DNA of 64,000 nucleotides from Verrucomicrobiales bacterium (lineage in GTDB: Bacteria; Verrucomicrobiota; Verrucomicrobiia; Verrucomicrobiales; DEV007): positions 15,322 through 79,321 of the forward strand of contig JAEUHI010000073.1 in the NCBI GenBank assembly GCA_016795385.1, written 5' to 3'. The first letter of the stretch is position 1, and every line of letters starts with the position of its first letter. Positions 1-9,217 of this stretch are shown piece by piece. The position numbers and the translations under genes are program-made. The notes under the pieces were generated by a model. The model saw nothing but the letters and a program-made list of their open reading frames with translations, made no database searches and was not told where the DNA came from.

Positions 1-1011
1 CATTATTACCGGCCGTTCCGCGCGGACACGAGCGGTCGCAAGAATTCTTTCGTCGTCACGGTCGAACACGAGTTCGGCACTTTGGTCCTGAATTCCTCAC
101 CCGAGGGTGCCAAGGTCTACCGCGACGCTGTGTATCTGGGGGAAACACCCGTTGTCCTGACGGAGATGCGGCTTGGCGCGTTTGAGCTGGAGCTCTATCT
201 GGATGGGCATGAGGTGGAGGTGGCGATGGGCGATCTCACCGGCACCGAGGCGCAGGATCTCGTCGTCACCCTCGAGCGCGACGCCTCGGTCGTTTTTGGA
301 TCGAGCTGGACGAACAGCCAGGGTATGGAACTCGTGCCCGTCGGAGGCCTGCTCGTCGCCCGCACCGAGACGCCACTCCGCGCCTTTCTCGAACACCGCG
401 CCGATCAAGGCGTCGTCGATCCCCAGGCCGTCACCACCGGCTTGAACTATCCCGCCGCCGGCGTCAGCCATGGTGAAGCGGTCGCCTTTTGTGAATGGCT
501 CACCCTCCGGGAGCGCCGGGCGGGATTGATCCGACCCTGGCAACGTTACCGCCTCCCGACGGATCGGGAATGGAGCAGCTTCGTCGGGATTTCCGGGGAG
601 GCGGGGAACACGCCCGCGGAGCGCAATCAGTCACCCACCGACCGATTCCCGTGGGGTGGCGAATGGCCTCCTCCTCCAGGGGCGGGCAATTTCGCCGATG
701 TCTCGTCGTCCGGCTACTTCGGGGGCAATGTGATCGCCGGCTATACCGATGGATTCGAGACCACCGCCCCCGTGGGCAGTTTTGCCGCGGGTTCCAACGG
801 TTTGCAAGATCTCGCCGGAAACGTCTGGGAATGGGTGGAAGATCCCTACACCGACGGGAGTGACGGACTCCAGGTCGTGCGGGGCGGGGGATGGAATTCC
901 GCCGAACGCGAGGTGTTGGCCTCCGGCTATCGGAATCCCGTACCTGCGACCGCGAAGGAGGGCTTTTACGGCTTCCGCTATGTCCTGGAAGAGGTGCCGG
1001 AGCGCCGCTGA
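1..1011 (+). CDS. PEGA + FGE-sulfatase (SUMF1 / formylglycine-generating-enzyme family) domain protein; 5' end lies outside the window
   Basis: Frame 1 is open from base 1, with no stop before the TTG the track uses at 82, so the gene is truncated by the window edge. PEGA-like segment LNSSPEGAKVYRDAVYLGETPVVL. FGE-family hallmarks RLPTDREWS, GNVWEWVEDPY, VVRGGGWNS and GFRYV. Confidence 0.75.
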   Translation, partial: HYYRPFRADTSGRKNSFVVTVEHEFGTLVLNSSPEGAKVYRDAVYLGETPVVLTEMRLGAFELELYLDGHEVEVAMGDLTGTEAQDLVVTLERDASVVFGSSWTNSQGMELVPVGGLLVARTETPLRAFLEHRADQGVVDPQAVTTGLNYPAAGVSHGEAVAFCEWLTLRERRAGLIRPWQRYRLPTDREWSSFVGISGEAGNTPAERNQSPTDRFPWGGEWPPPPGAGNFADVSSSGYFGGNVIAGYTDGFETTAPVGSFAAGSNGLQDLAGNVWEWVEDPYTDGSDGLQVVRGGGWNSAEREVLASGYRNPVPATAKEGFYGFRYVLEEVPERR

Positions 1012-1079
1012 CGTCCCCGCGGCCCGCAAAAAAGTGAAATTTTGGCCCCTTCGGGCTAAGAAAACCGCAATATTGCCGT

Positions 1080-1107
1080 TTGACACCTTCATTTCGGCCG
1101 TTAGCCT
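1080..1107 (+). promoter_or_regulatory. candidate sigma70-type promoter (TTGACA-N16-TAGCCT) for the porin-like gene
   Basis: TTGACA at 1080-1085 and TAGCCT at 1102-1107, in an AT-richer intergenic stretch about 50 nt upstream of the ATG at 1157. The -10 element is weak. Confidence 0.3.
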
Positions 1108-1156
1108 ACCCGTGATATACATCTTGTATCATTTTTAAACCGCACACACTGACCGA

Positions 1157-1993
1157 ATGAAAAAGTTGACTCTGACGATTGCGATCGCCGCCCTCACTCT
1201 CGGGGCCAATGCAGGTGACTGGGGCAAAGCTCCGGTTGATAAAACCCCGATTGAAGAATGTGTCGACCTCGGCGGCGAAATCAGCGCCGGTTACATGTCG
1301 GACTATATCTTCTACGGTGTCCGTTTCGCCGGCGACAGTGCCTGGACGGATGTGAACTACACCTTCGACGGCCTCCCGCTGCCGATCACCGTCGGTGCCT
1401 GGTATCTCAACGGCATCAATGAAGACGCCGCCCGCACCGGTGGTTACGATGAGCTCGACCTCTACCTGCGCGCCGGTCTCGGCACCTACGCTGGTTTTGA
1501 CGTGAGCCTCGGTTACACCCACTACATCTTCCCCGAGTTCCGCAGCAACGTTTCCCCGACCGGTGGATACGGTGAAATCGGTCTCGACATCAAGCGCAGC
1601 CTTGGCTTCGTGGACCTCGCCTTCGAAAGCAACTACGCCATGGGTGGCGGTGGCACCGCTCCCAGCGGCTGGTATCACCAGATTGGCATCGAGAAGACCT
1701 TCGCCCTCACCGATTCCGTGGGCCTTGTCCTCGGCACGGGTGTGGGTTACAGCGACACCTACTTCGAAGTGGGTGGCCTCGTCCCCAACGCCTTCAGCCC
1801 CCGTTCGAGCGGCTGGAGCCACTACTACGTGACCGCTTCGCTCCCGATCGCCCTCAACTGCCGCACCACCCTCACTCCCTACATCGGATACAATGGTGGT
1901 CCCGACACTTGGATCGTCGACGGCATCGCAGGTTCCGACGAACTCCAGACGGACATCCTCCACGGCGGTGTCTCGCTGAAGGTTGCCTTCTGA
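1157..1993 (+). CDS. outer-membrane beta-barrel protein, TorF/Gcw_chp-like putative porin
   Basis: Signal peptide MKKLTLTIAIAALTLGANA. Gly/aromatic-rich alternating strands (LGYTHYIF, GVGYSDTYF, YIGYNGG). C-terminus ...GVSLKVAF ends in Phe, as in BAM-dependent OMPs. A strong intrinsic terminator follows. Confidence 0.6.
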   Translation: MKKLTLTIAIAALTLGANAGDWGKAPVDKTPIEECVDLGGEISAGYMSDYIFYGVRFAGDSAWTDVNYTFDGLPLPITVGAWYLNGINEDAARTGGYDELDLYLRAGLGTYAGFDVSLGYTHYIFPEFRSNVSPTGGYGEIGLDIKRSLGFVDLAFESNYAMGGGGTAPSGWYHQIGIEKTFALTDSVGLVLGTGVGYSDTYFEVGGLVPNAFSPRSSGWSHYYVTASLPIALNCRTTLTPYIGYNGGPDTWIVDGIAGSDELQTDILHGGVSLKVAF

Positions 1994-2024
1994 TTGGTGC
2001 CTCGTTCGATAACCATTTTGGAAA

Positions 2025-2054
2025 CGCCCTCCTGAAACGGAGGGCGTTTTTTTT
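2025..2054 (+). terminator. Rho-independent terminator
   Basis: Perfect 8-bp GC-rich stem CGCCCTCC (2025-2032) / GGAGGGCG (2039-2046), 6-nt loop TGAAAC, then T8 (2047-2054). It lies 30 nt after the stop at 1993. Confidence 0.8.
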
Positions 2055-2103
2055 GTCTCTGTTGCATGTGCAGTTTGATGCCTGCTTTTGAATCCTTTCG
2101 CCG

Positions 2104-2886
2104 ATGATCCCCTACATTGAAATACCTCCTTTCAAAATCGGGCCGCTTGTCATCCAGCCGTTTGGGTTTCTCGTCTGTGTGGCCATCATTCTGGGTGGAT
2201 TCCTCTTCCACTGGCGTGCGAGGCAGGTGGGTTTGGCGAGGGAACACGTTCGGAACATTTTCCGGATCTGCGCTTTCCTGGGGATCTTTGGTTCCCATGT
2301 GATCCACCTCGTGGTCTATCACCCGCAAACCCTCGCCCGGGATCCCTGGAGCCTGCTCCGATTCTGGGATGGCATGTCCTCGCTTGGCGGGTTTTTCTCC
2401 GCGTTTCTTTTCGTCTCTCTTTATGTGCGGTGGAAAAAGATCGATTTCCTTCCGTATGCCGACGCCGCCGTCTATGCTTTTGTCCCGCTCTGGATGGTGG
2501 CGAGAATGGGCTGTGCCGTCGTCCATGATCATCCCGGGCGACTCACCCGGTTTCCGCTGGCGGTGAGGTTTCCCGATGGGCCGAGGCACGATCTGGGGCT
2601 CTACGAGGTGTTTCTGTCGCTGCTATGGATCCCGCTCGTCTTGTGGCTGGGACGAAAAAAACAGATCGATGATCCTCCCGGCGGAACGATCCTTTCGGTG
2701 ATGTCGATCGCCTATGCGGTGCCGCGTTTCTTTCTCGATTTCCTCCGGGCCACCGATCTGCCCGGGCATGACGTCCGCTATTTCGGATTCACCTTCGCCC
2801 AGTATGGATGCCTTCTCATGATCGCGGCGGGGGGCTGGTTTCTTTGGAAACAGCGTCGGTCGGCTGGAGTTCCCGATCCGGCCTGA
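2104..2886 (+). CDS. lgt: prolipoprotein diacylglyceryl transferase
   Basis: Polytopic membrane protein with blocks matching E. coli Lgt. LLRFWDGMSSLGGF matches LFRVWDGGMSFHGG. RHDLGLYE matches RHPSQLYE. RFFLDFLR matches RIIVEFFR. Confidence 0.7.
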   Translation: MIPYIEIPPFKIGPLVIQPFGFLVCVAIILGGFLFHWRARQVGLAREHVRNIFRICAFLGIFGSHVIHLVVYHPQTLARDPWSLLRFWDGMSSLGGFFSAFLFVSLYVRWKKIDFLPYADAAVYAFVPLWMVARMGCAVVHDHPGRLTRFPLAVRFPDGPRHDLGLYEVFLSLLWIPLVLWLGRKKQIDDPPGGTILSVMSIAYAVPRFFLDFLRATDLPGHDVRYFGFTFAQYGCLLMIAAGGWFLWKQRRSAGVPDPA

Positions 2887-2924
2887 CCTTCCGGATACGA
2901 TCGTTTCGTGCCGGGCTTTCGACC

Positions 2925-3329
2925 ATGATGATCGTGCTCGGCTTCGCCGTGTCGGGTTGGTTCCCTTTGCTCTGGGTCGCCTTTGTTCCCGTTCTCACGG
3001 CGGTCTCGGGAACGACGGCACGAGGTGTCATGTTCCTCGGGATGTTGTTGGGTGGGCTCACCGCGTTCGCCGGCCATGTGTGGTCCTGGTTCGGAACCTC
3101 CCACGAACCGTGGATGCATCTGATCCTCGCCAGTTTCCGATCGATCGAGACGCGCCGCGCGATGATGCGGTGCACCAACATGGGAATCAGCGCGTTCATC
3201 GATCCCGTGCGGCGGATCCGGCAGAGGTCGGAGGAAGCCATCGTTATCGGCGAAGTGCCCTTGATCCGGGACCGCTCGACGACGCCGTATCTCAAGTATG
3301 GAAACTGGTTGGGAGGGACGTGTTTGTGA
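2925..3329 (+). pseudogene. possible remnant of apolipoprotein N-acyltransferase (Lnt): only about 60 aa of N-terminal TM1-TM2 is recognisable
   Basis: The ATG lies 39 nt after the lgt stop. MMIVLGFAVSGWFPLLWVAFVPVLTAV...RGVMFLGMLLGGLTAFAGHVWSWF resembles the Lnt N-terminus, but the ORF then degenerates and stops after 134 aa, where Lnt is about 500 aa. The 3110-3376 part shares its wobble phase with minus-strand ORF 2816..3376, so the coding strand there is unresolved. Confidence 0.3.
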
Positions 3330-3561
3330 ATCAGTCTGGCAGGATCTGTCATTCTCGTTTGTGGACGCCGCTCCACGCATCGCCAGGTGAATTTCGGAGG
3401 ATTTATACCGAAGCCGCAGAACCCGGAATCGGGGCGGGTTTAAGGCAAAATGTCTGGTGATTTGGACAAGGTTATGCTCTGAAGTAGGCGGGGAGCCAAA
3501 ACTCCCTGCTTCATGTTCGCCTCAGCCGGTGAGATGCCGAAGTTTCCACTCCACCACCTTG

Positions 3562-6500
3562 ATGCGACCAGCGCTTTCCAACGATTCCCGATCCTACCGC
3601 GACGAGGAAACTCGGACACTCATCCTCGGGGCGGACGTGGGATCCACCACCGTCAAGACCGTCGTGATCGATGGTGCGACCCGGGAGATTCTCTGGTCGA
3701 CCTACGCGCGCCATGAGACGCGCCAAGCCGAGACGCTGGAAGGGCAATTGCAGGCGATCGGAATGGAATTCGGGGAGCGGTCGCTCCAGGAGGCGAGGAT
3801 CTTCGTCACGGGCTCGGGAGCCGCGCCTCTCGCCGGCGTGCTCGGTGCGAAATTCGTCCAGGAGGTGAACGCGGTGACGATGGCGGTCGACTGTCTCCAC
3901 CCCGATGTCGGCAGTGTCATCGAGCTCGGCGGGCAGGATGCGAAGATCATCATCTACAAGGCGAGCGGGGAGAACGGGGGGAAACGGGCGATCGCCTCGA
4001 TGAACGACAAGTGCGCGTCGGGCACGGGGGCGACGATCGACAAGTGTCTCATCAAGCTCGGGATCGATCCCCGCGAGATTGCCGGGGTGGAATGGGATCC
4101 CTCGAAGCTGCATCCCGTCGCTGCCAAATGCGGGGTTTTCGCCGAGACGGACATCGTCAATCTCGTGAAGTCGGGGATTCCTTCCCGCGAGATCCTTTGC
4201 TCACTGGCCAACGCCATCGTGCAGCAGAATCTCTCCGTTCTCACCCGGGGAAACACACTGCCCCACCGGGTTCTCCTTCTCGGAGGTCCGAACACCTACC
4301 TCGGTTTCCTGCAACATTGCTGGCGCGACCGTATCGTCGAATCGTGGGAGGAGCGCGCCCACGAATATCCGAAGGATGTGGCGATCGAGGACCTCATCTT
4401 CGTCCCGGAGAATTCCGCGCTTTATGCCGCCTACGGTGCCGCCGTTTTCGGTCTCCATGAGCCCGTCACGGTCGGCCGCTATCGCGGGCTCGAACCGCTC
4501 GCCGACTACATCCTCCACGGACGGAGTGCCCGACTCGGCGATGCGGCGGGTCCTCCCCTCGTCGCCCACCGCTCCGAACGCGACGAGTTCGTGGAGCGTT
4601 ACCGCATTCCGCCCTTCGTTCCGGCGGCGTTTCCGGCCGGGACCGTGATCCGCGGCTACATCGGGCTCGATGGTGGCTCGACTTCGTCAAAGGCGGTGCT
4701 TGTGGACGAGACCGGTGAGATCCTCACCAAACAATACATGCTCTCGCAGGGCAATCCCATCGCCGATACCCGGGATCTGCTCGCGAAGATCGAACGTTAC
4801 GCGATCGACCAGGGGGCGTCCCTCGAGGTGCTCGGCTTCGGCGCGACCGGTTATGCCGCGGACGTTCTCGAGGAATCGCTCGCGGCCGATGCGAACATCG
4901 TCGAGACCATCGCCCACGGAAATGCCTCGATGCGATACTTCGACAAGGTCGACGTCATCTGCGACATCGGCGGGCAGGACATCAAGGTGCTTTTTGTCGC
5001 GAACGGCCAGATCGCGAACTTCCGTCTTTCGAACCAGTGCTCCGCTGGCAACGGGATGTTGCTCCAGGCGATGGCGAGCCAGTTTGGTGTGGATGTCAGG
5101 GACTACGCCGAGACGGCCTTTGCCGCGACCCTCAGCCCGAAATTCAGCTATGGCTGTGCCGTCTTCCTCGACACCGACCGGGTCACCTTCCAGAAGGAAG
5201 GGTATTCTCGCGAGGAACTCCTCGCCGGGCTCGCGCTCGTCCTGCCGAAGAATATCTGGCAATACGTCGTGCAGATCCCGCGGATGGCCGCCCTGGGGAG
5301 GACGTTCGTGCTCCAGGGGGGCACGCAGTATAATCTCGCGGCGGTGAAAGCCCAGCACGATTACATCCTCGAGCGCGTTCCCGACGCGATCATTCACGTC
5401 CATCCGCATCCCGGCGAGGCCGGTGCGATCGGTGCCGCGCTCGAGGCGAAGCGCGTCGTGGAAAAGCGTGGCCACTCCACCTTCATCGGTCTGGATGCGG
5501 CGATCCGGCTCGACTACACCACGCGGAACGATGAAAGCACCGTCTGCCACTTCTGCCCGAACCACTGCAAACGCACCTTCATCGACACACGCAGCCCGAG
5601 CGGACGCGAGAGCCGCTACATCTCCGGTTTTTCGTGCGAGAACGGCACCGTCGAGTCGAAGGACAAGCTGAAAGAGCTGGCGGCGAAGCGGAAGGCCTTG
5701 AAGGCCGACTACCCGAACCTCGTCGACTACGAGGCGAAGCTCGCCTTCCGGAGTTTTCACCAGCCGCGGCCGCTTCCGGAGCCGGGGACCATCACGGAAG
5801 AGACGGTGGTGCGTCGCGATTTTCTCGGTCGTTCGAAGAAGGTTTCGGCGAGGCGCGCCTTCGAGCGCTCCTCCGAAGCCGATCGGGAATGGCGCGCCCA
5901 CGTCCGCATCGGGATTCCGCGCGTGTTGAACCTTTTTTCGACCGCCCCGGTCTGGCGGACCTACTTCGAAACCCTCGGCATCGCGGGAGGGAATCTCGTC
6001 TTCTCCGATCCCACCTCCCAGGAGATGTGGGCGGAGGGCGGCAAGTATGGTTCGATCGATCCCTGCTATCCCTCGAAGGTGGCCCAGGCGCACATCCATC
6101 AGCTCCTCCATCAGAAACATCGCGAGAAGGCTCTTCATTATCTGTTCTTTCCCTGCTTGACCCATCTGCCCACCTTCGTCAGCGGCGTGATGGAGTCGAC
6201 CTCGTGTCCCATCGTTGCGGGCGCCCCGAAGGTGATGGCGGCCGCTTTCACCAAGGATGTGGATTTCTTCGCGCGCGCCGGTGTCGAGTATGTCGATCCG
6301 GCGGTGACCTTGACCGAACGGAACTACTTCAAGAAACAGATGTTCGAGACCTGGGGGGCTCGGCTCCGGATCACCCGCGACGAGAGCGACTTCGCTTGCG
6401 ACGAGGGATTTCTGGCGCTGGAATCGTTCGACGCGGAGTTGCAGCGCAAGGGGGCCGAAATCATTTCCCGGCTCGAGGAGGAGAACCGCGCCGGACTCCT

Positions 6501-7302
6501 CGTCCTCGGTCGTCCCTATCACAACGACCCCGGGCTCAACCATGGCGTCCTCGAGGAATTCCAGGCACTCGGTTATCCCGTGCTCTCGATCCGCTCCATC
6601 CCCAAGGATCCCGCCTGGCTCGGACGCTTCTACGAGGAGGATCTCGCCAAGGGGCTCGTCGATTCGCCGCTCTCGGTCTCCGATGTTTGGCCCGAAAACT
6701 ATTCGACCAACAGCGTGCAGAAAGTGTGGGCCGCCAAGTTCGCGGCGCGGCACCCGAACATCGTCGTGCTCGACTTCTCCAGCTTCAAGTGCGGTCACGA
6801 TGCGCCCACCTACGGCCTCATCGACAACATCATCTCCTCGAGCGCGACGCCCTATCTCGCCCTGCACGACATTGATGCGAACAAGCCGGGAGGTTCGATC
6901 AAGATCCGTGTCAAAACCTACGCCCATACCCTGAAACTCCACGAGGAAACCCTCCGCGAGAAAGCCGCGAGGCAGGGCGAACTCGAACGCTCGCTCGCCG
7001 CGAAGCGGCGAGAGTTGCTCGCCCGGCGCCGGGAGCAACTCGCCCGGAGCGAAGACCTCGCCCTTCTCCAGGCCGTTTACGAGGAATACCTCGCCGAGGA
7101 CGTCTCCATCGATCTGCCCGATCCGGAGCACTCCTATGATTCCACCACTCCCACCGCCGTGCCCCTGCCGGGGAGCTGGCTCAATGGCGGTGCCGCGGCG
7201 TTGAATTTCGCCGCTTCCCGTCCGGCTCTTGTCGAAACCGCCAAATCCCACTGCTCATCATGCGAACTCTCGACCCACAAAACTTGCGCTTGCCCGGAGT
7301 GA
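3562..7302 (+). CDS. BCR/HAD-family multidomain protein: two BadF/BadG/BcrA/BcrD (HgdC-type) ATPase domains plus a dehydratase-component-like domain (PlsA/PlsR-type plasmalogen-synthase-like)
   Basis: Two actin-fold ATPase starts, ILGADVGSTTVKTVVID and YIGLDGGSTSSKAVLVDE, each with CDIGGQD / ELGGQDAK phosphate-2 motifs. Cys cluster CHFCPNHC. Long C-terminal activase-associated domain (IDPCYPSKVAQAH). Start set at the first ATG (3562); the track's GTG at 3457 adds 35 aa of poor-looking sequence. Confidence 0.85.
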   Translation: MRPALSNDSRSYRDEETRTLILGADVGSTTVKTVVIDGATREILWSTYARHETRQAETLEGQLQAIGMEFGERSLQEARIFVTGSGAAPLAGVLGAKFVQEVNAVTMAVDCLHPDVGSVIELGGQDAKIIIYKASGENGGKRAIASMNDKCASGTGATIDKCLIKLGIDPREIAGVEWDPSKLHPVAAKCGVFAETDIVNLVKSGIPSREILCSLANAIVQQNLSVLTRGNTLPHRVLLLGGPNTYLGFLQHCWRDRIVESWEERAHEYPKDVAIEDLIFVPENSALYAAYGAAVFGLHEPVTVGRYRGLEPLADYILHGRSARLGDAAGPPLVAHRSERDEFVERYRIPPFVPAAFPAGTVIRGYIGLDGGSTSSKAVLVDETGEILTKQYMLSQGNPIADTRDLLAKIERYAIDQGASLEVLGFGATGYAADVLEESLAADANIVETIAHGNASMRYFDKVDVICDIGGQDIKVLFVANGQIANFRLSNQCSAGNGMLLQAMASQFGVDVRDYAETAFAATLSPKFSYGCAVFLDTDRVTFQKEGYSREELLAGLALVLPKNIWQYVVQIPRMAALGRTFVLQGGTQYNLAAVKAQHDYILERVPDAIIHVHPHPGEAGAIGAALEAKRVVEKRGHSTFIGLDAAIRLDYTTRNDESTVCHFCPNHCKRTFIDTRSPSGRESRYISGFSCENGTVESKDKLKELAAKRKALKADYPNLVDYEAKLAFRSFHQPRPLPEPGTITEETVVRRDFLGRSKKVSARRAFERSSEADREWRAHVRIGIPRVLNLFSTAPVWRTYFETLGIAGGNLVFSDPTSQEMWAEGGKYGSIDPCYPSKVAQAHIHQLLHQKHREKALHYLFFPCLTHLPTFVSGVMESTSCPIVAGAPKVMAAAFTKDVDFFARAGVEYVDPAVTLTERNYFKKQMFETWGARLRITRDESDFACDEGFLALESFDAELQRKGAEIISRLEEENRAGLLVLGRPYHNDPGLNHGVLEEFQALGYPVLSIRSIPKDPAWLGRFYEEDLAKGLVDSPLSVSDVWPENYSTNSVQKVWAAKFAARHPNIVVLDFSSFKCGHDAPTYGLIDNIISSSATPYLALHDIDANKPGGSIKIRVKTYAHTLKLHEETLREKAARQGELERSLAAKRRELLARRREQLARSEDLALLQAVYEEYLAEDVSIDLPDPEHSYDSTTPTAVPLPGSWLNGGAAALNFAASRPALVETAKSHCSSCELSTHKTCACPE

Positions 7303-8891
7303 CTCCATCGGAGTCCGCGGCAGAGGAAATCCCGCTCAGCTTCGAGGAGATCGAGGCGGAGTTGAAAGCCTTCGAGGCGCAGGAGCGCCGGCGCCTCGGC
7401 ATCGCCGGGGAGTCCGTGAATCATTGGACCGATCCGAATCCAAGCGGCTTCCGCAAAGAGCAACGCGAGGGCACTACGATCCTCTGCGGTGGCCTGACAC
7501 ATGCACAAGACATTCTCATCCGCGGTGCCCTCCGTGGTTTGGGGTATCACATCGAGGTCCTCGACGTTCCCGACTACGATGCCCTGCGCGTCGGCAAGGA
7601 GTTCGGCAACCGGGGCCAGTGCAATCCCACCTATTTCACCGTCGGCAATCTCGTGAAGCACCTCCAACGTCTCCGCGACGAGCAGGGGATGAGCGTCGAG
7701 GAGATCGTGCGCACCCACCTCTTTTTCACGGCGGGTTCCTGCGGCCCCTGCCGCTTCGGCACTTACGTCACGGAGTATCGCAAGGCCCTGCGCGACGCCG
7801 GCTTCGATGGATTCCGCGTCCTCCTGTTTCAACAGAAAGGCGGGTTGAAGCAGGCCACCGGGGAAAACGATGGACTCGGATTTGATCCCCCTTTTTTCAT
7901 CGCGATCCTCAAGGCTATCATCGTCGGCGACGTGCTCAACGCGGTCGGTTACCGCATCCGGCCCTACGAGGTTGAGCCCGGATCGACGAACCTGGCCCTC
8001 GATGAGTGCAAGCGGCTCCTCCACGACGCGCTGCACGAGCGCAAGAGCCTTCTCCTCGCCTTGTGGAAATGCCGGCAGACCCTCTCGGGTGTGAGAGTGG
8101 ACCGTCTTCAGCCCAAACCCAAAGTCACCATCATCGGTGAATTCTGGGCCATGACGACCGAGGGCGACGGAAACTACAAGCTCCAGCAGTTCCTCGAATC
8201 CGAGGGGGCCGAGGTCGATATCCAGCTCGTCACCGCCTGGCTCCTTTACATGACCTGGCAGGCGAAATGGGATACGCGGCGGCGCATGGATCTGAAGGAG
8301 GACGACGCCGGTCGCAGCGGGCTCGAGGGAAAGAATCCCCTGAAGAAACTCTTCATTCTCCGTTTCTCCGAGGTCGCCTTGAAGGCAGCCTTCGGTCTCT
8401 ATGCGAGAATCCTCGGCCTGCGCCACTACCATCTTCCCGACATGTCCGAGATCGCCACGATCTCGCACCAGTATTACGACAACCACCTGCGCGGGGGCGA
8501 GGGGCACATGGAGGTCGGCAAGCTCATCCAATCCGTCGTCAAAAAGAAGGCGCACATGGTCGTGAGCGTGAAACCCTTCGGCTGCATGCCTTCCTCGGGC
8601 GTCTCCGACGGTGTCCAGTCGCTCATCACCGCGCGGTATCCCGCGGCGATCTATTCCGCGATCGAGACGACCGGCGACGGGGCGGCGAATGTGCAGAGCC
8701 GGCTCCAGATGGATCTCTTCAAGGCCCGGCAGGTGGCGAAACGTGAGTTCGACGAAGCTCTCGCCGAAGCCGGTCTCACCGGGGAACATGCCGCGGTTGA
8801 ATTGAAGCAGCGGGGCAAGGGGAGGGCGCTTGCTTATCCTCGGACGCACGGGAGGGCGGGGACCGCGGCGAGGCTCATCCAAGAACTGTAA
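7260..8891 (+). CDS. 2-hydroxyacyl-CoA dehydratase component-like protein, partner of the upstream BCR/HAD ATPase fusion
   Basis: GGLTHAQDILIRGALRGLGYHIEVL, GNRGQCNPTYFTVGNL and GSCGPCRFGTY are typical of the activase-associated dehydratase-like family. Overlaps the upstream gene. An alternative GTG start at 7299 gives a GTGA start/stop overlap with the stop at 7300-7302. Confidence 0.8.
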   Translation: MRTLDPQNLRLPGVTPSESAAEEIPLSFEEIEAELKAFEAQERRRLGIAGESVNHWTDPNPSGFRKEQREGTTILCGGLTHAQDILIRGALRGLGYHIEVLDVPDYDALRVGKEFGNRGQCNPTYFTVGNLVKHLQRLRDEQGMSVEEIVRTHLFFTAGSCGPCRFGTYVTEYRKALRDAGFDGFRVLLFQQKGGLKQATGENDGLGFDPPFFIAILKAIIVGDVLNAVGYRIRPYEVEPGSTNLALDECKRLLHDALHERKSLLLALWKCRQTLSGVRVDRLQPKPKVTIIGEFWAMTTEGDGNYKLQQFLESEGAEVDIQLVTAWLLYMTWQAKWDTRRRMDLKEDDAGRSGLEGKNPLKKLFILRFSEVALKAAFGLYARILGLRHYHLPDMSEIATISHQYYDNHLRGGEGHMEVGKLIQSVVKKKAHMVVSVKPFGCMPSSGVSDGVQSLITARYPAAIYSAIETTGDGAANVQSRLQMDLFKARQVAKREFDEALAEAGLTGEHAAVELKQRGKGRALAYPRTHGRAGTAARLIQEL

Positions 8892-9217
8892 GGTTCTACC
8901 GCAGAGTGGTGTTCATGGCCGTCGTGCGTGTGTCTACAGGACGGGCCGGGGGAACTGCCATCCGTGAAGTCTGGTTTGAGCGGAATCGGTGCGGTCGTAG
9001 AAGTCCGGGAGGCTTTCGTGAGCTTTTCAGGAGTGATTCACAAACGCGAGAAGTTTCGGAAAGATAAAAACTAATTTTTGTACTTTTTCCCCCGAGACGG
9101 GACTGTGGCCCATTTTCTGCACCTTTATCGAGGTTTTTAGGGCTTTTTTGTCTCTGCGATCCGCCGTGTCCGATTTTCATCCGCTTACCAACGGTTTTGC
9201 AAAAGTGTTATTTTCCC

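Noticed and set aside
4687-8882. Long minus-strand ORFs 4687..7251 (854 aa) and 7134..8882 (582 aa)
   Set aside because: They are antisense shadows of the BCR/HAD-family genes. The translations are repetitive (R/G/E/D-rich) with no recognisable motifs, and the plus frames carry unmistakable ATPase motifs.
8896-8999. Long-range inverted repeat TTCTACCGCA ... TGCGG(TCG)TAGAA just after the stop at 8891, with possible nested helices (candidate ncRNA or terminator)
   Set aside because: The inner pairings (ATGGC/GCCAT against GGCCGTC/GACGGGCC) are mutually exclusive and there is no T-tail. I cannot evaluate folding energy or covariation by eye, which is insufficient to call a feature. RNAfold or Rfam scanning of 8892-9217 would settle it.
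8896-9180. 94-aa minus-strand ORF and other small ORFs in the 8892-9217 intergenic region
   Set aside because: There is no start context, no motifs and a low-complexity translation. The region is better explained as the promoter and leader of the surface-protein locus.
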